Under the pieces are notes generated by a model that was not told the origin of the DNA, ran no database searches, and saw nothing but the letters and a program-made list of their open reading frames with translations. A stretch of 64,000 nucleotides of DNA, from NCBI GenBank assembly GCA_009914755.4, contig CP086569.2:5984001-6048000 (forward strand), read 5' to 3'. The stretch is from the human T2T-CHM13v2.0 reference genome, Homo sapiens. Below are positions 62,301 through 64,000 of the stretch, piece by piece. The position numbers and the translations under genes were made by a program. Within the stretch, counting starts at the first letter, position 1, and each line of letters opens with the position of its first letter.

Positions 62301-62745
62301 AGTTTGCCAGGATGGCCCCAATTTGCACTTCAAATGTTACTTGAGCGTTGGAGTACTGCTACCTGAAAGCCGAGCCATGATGTGGACTGCTTCTGCAATT
62401 CAGGGAATGCAGGGATAGAGTTGGAAGCACCTTCTGTATTATCAGTGTTTTTTATTATTATTATTATTTGCAGGTGAAGTTGAGAGACCCCTTCCACCTC
62501 ACACCAGATTGTATCCTCATGTCTATCTAACCTTACTACTCATCACACTCTATGTCCCCAGATAAAATTCCAAGATGACGGAGGACTGCCACCTCATGAC
62601 GTGAAACACCTGCTCCTCTGGGAACCAAATTTTAGGTAAATTCAAGGTGCACTGCCCACAGGACTGCTTGTGCCTCTCCCTGTGTTGACCATAGGGATAT
62701 GAAACACAGGGTGATGCCTGCTTTTTTGATGTGGTGTGCTCCTCT

Positions 62746-63790
<1,045 letters not shown>

Positions 63791-64000
63791 CCCTTATTTG
63801 TAAAACAGTGACTTTTTTTGCAGAGGTGGTTGATTTGGATGCCGGCGGTTCCCAGCCCACCTCCAAATTCACTGGGGATTTATTATACACATAAAAATAA
63901 AGAACATGGAGCCTTGCCATCCATGCAGAGCCACATAGACCACCAAAAGGTGGAGAGACACAATAAAAAGAAGCACTGGAGTGCGTTAGCCACATTCCTT

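Noticed and set aside
37579-62418. Many 60-170-aa ORFs on both strands across 37.5-64 kb (e.g. 37579-38091, 37675-38136, 53082-53681, 56772-57290) as genes
   Set aside because: All lie within copies of the tandem unit. The homologous positions in sister units carry stops and frameshifts, and the peptides are low-information with no recognisable domains.

Overview
This 64-kb window looks like primate (most likely human) Y-chromosome DNA and holds no intact protein-coding gene. The Y assignment rests mainly on a spliced RBMY-family pseudogene. Four things are present. (1) 2.1-17.4 kb, + strand: a multi-exon RBMY-family pseudogene (RRM exon remnant, SRGY-box exons, RBMY-specific C-terminal exon) with at least three in-frame stops; its introns carry L1s, Alus and AT-rich minisatellites. 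(2) 17.4-37.6 kb: Alu-rich sequence with short-range paralogous modules, plus an internally deleted ERV9-like provirus on the minus strand (LTR12-type LTRs, tRNA-Arg(CCG)-like primer-binding site, gag capsid and RNase H remnants). It also contains a MaLR LTR and microsatellites ((ATT)n, (TTTC)n, (TA)n). (3) 37.6-64.0 kb: a strongly diverged, head-to-tail tandem array of about 2.46-kb units, at least 10 of them. Several units carry internal deletions, each begins with a (CA)n tract, and the array is preceded by an inverted 1.85-kb partial unit. (4) Near the array's 3' end, a nested L1 (with 5' inversion) plus a young AluY insertion, flanked by a ~12-bp target-site duplication. I could not identify the 2.46-kb array with a named satellite family from memory (SST1/MER22-type macrosatellites have a similar unit size); that needs an alignment. 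The long ORFs in the six-frame track are L1 ORF2, ERV gag, or artefacts of low-complexity repeats. Nothing prokaryotic, no defence system and no CRISPR array is present.
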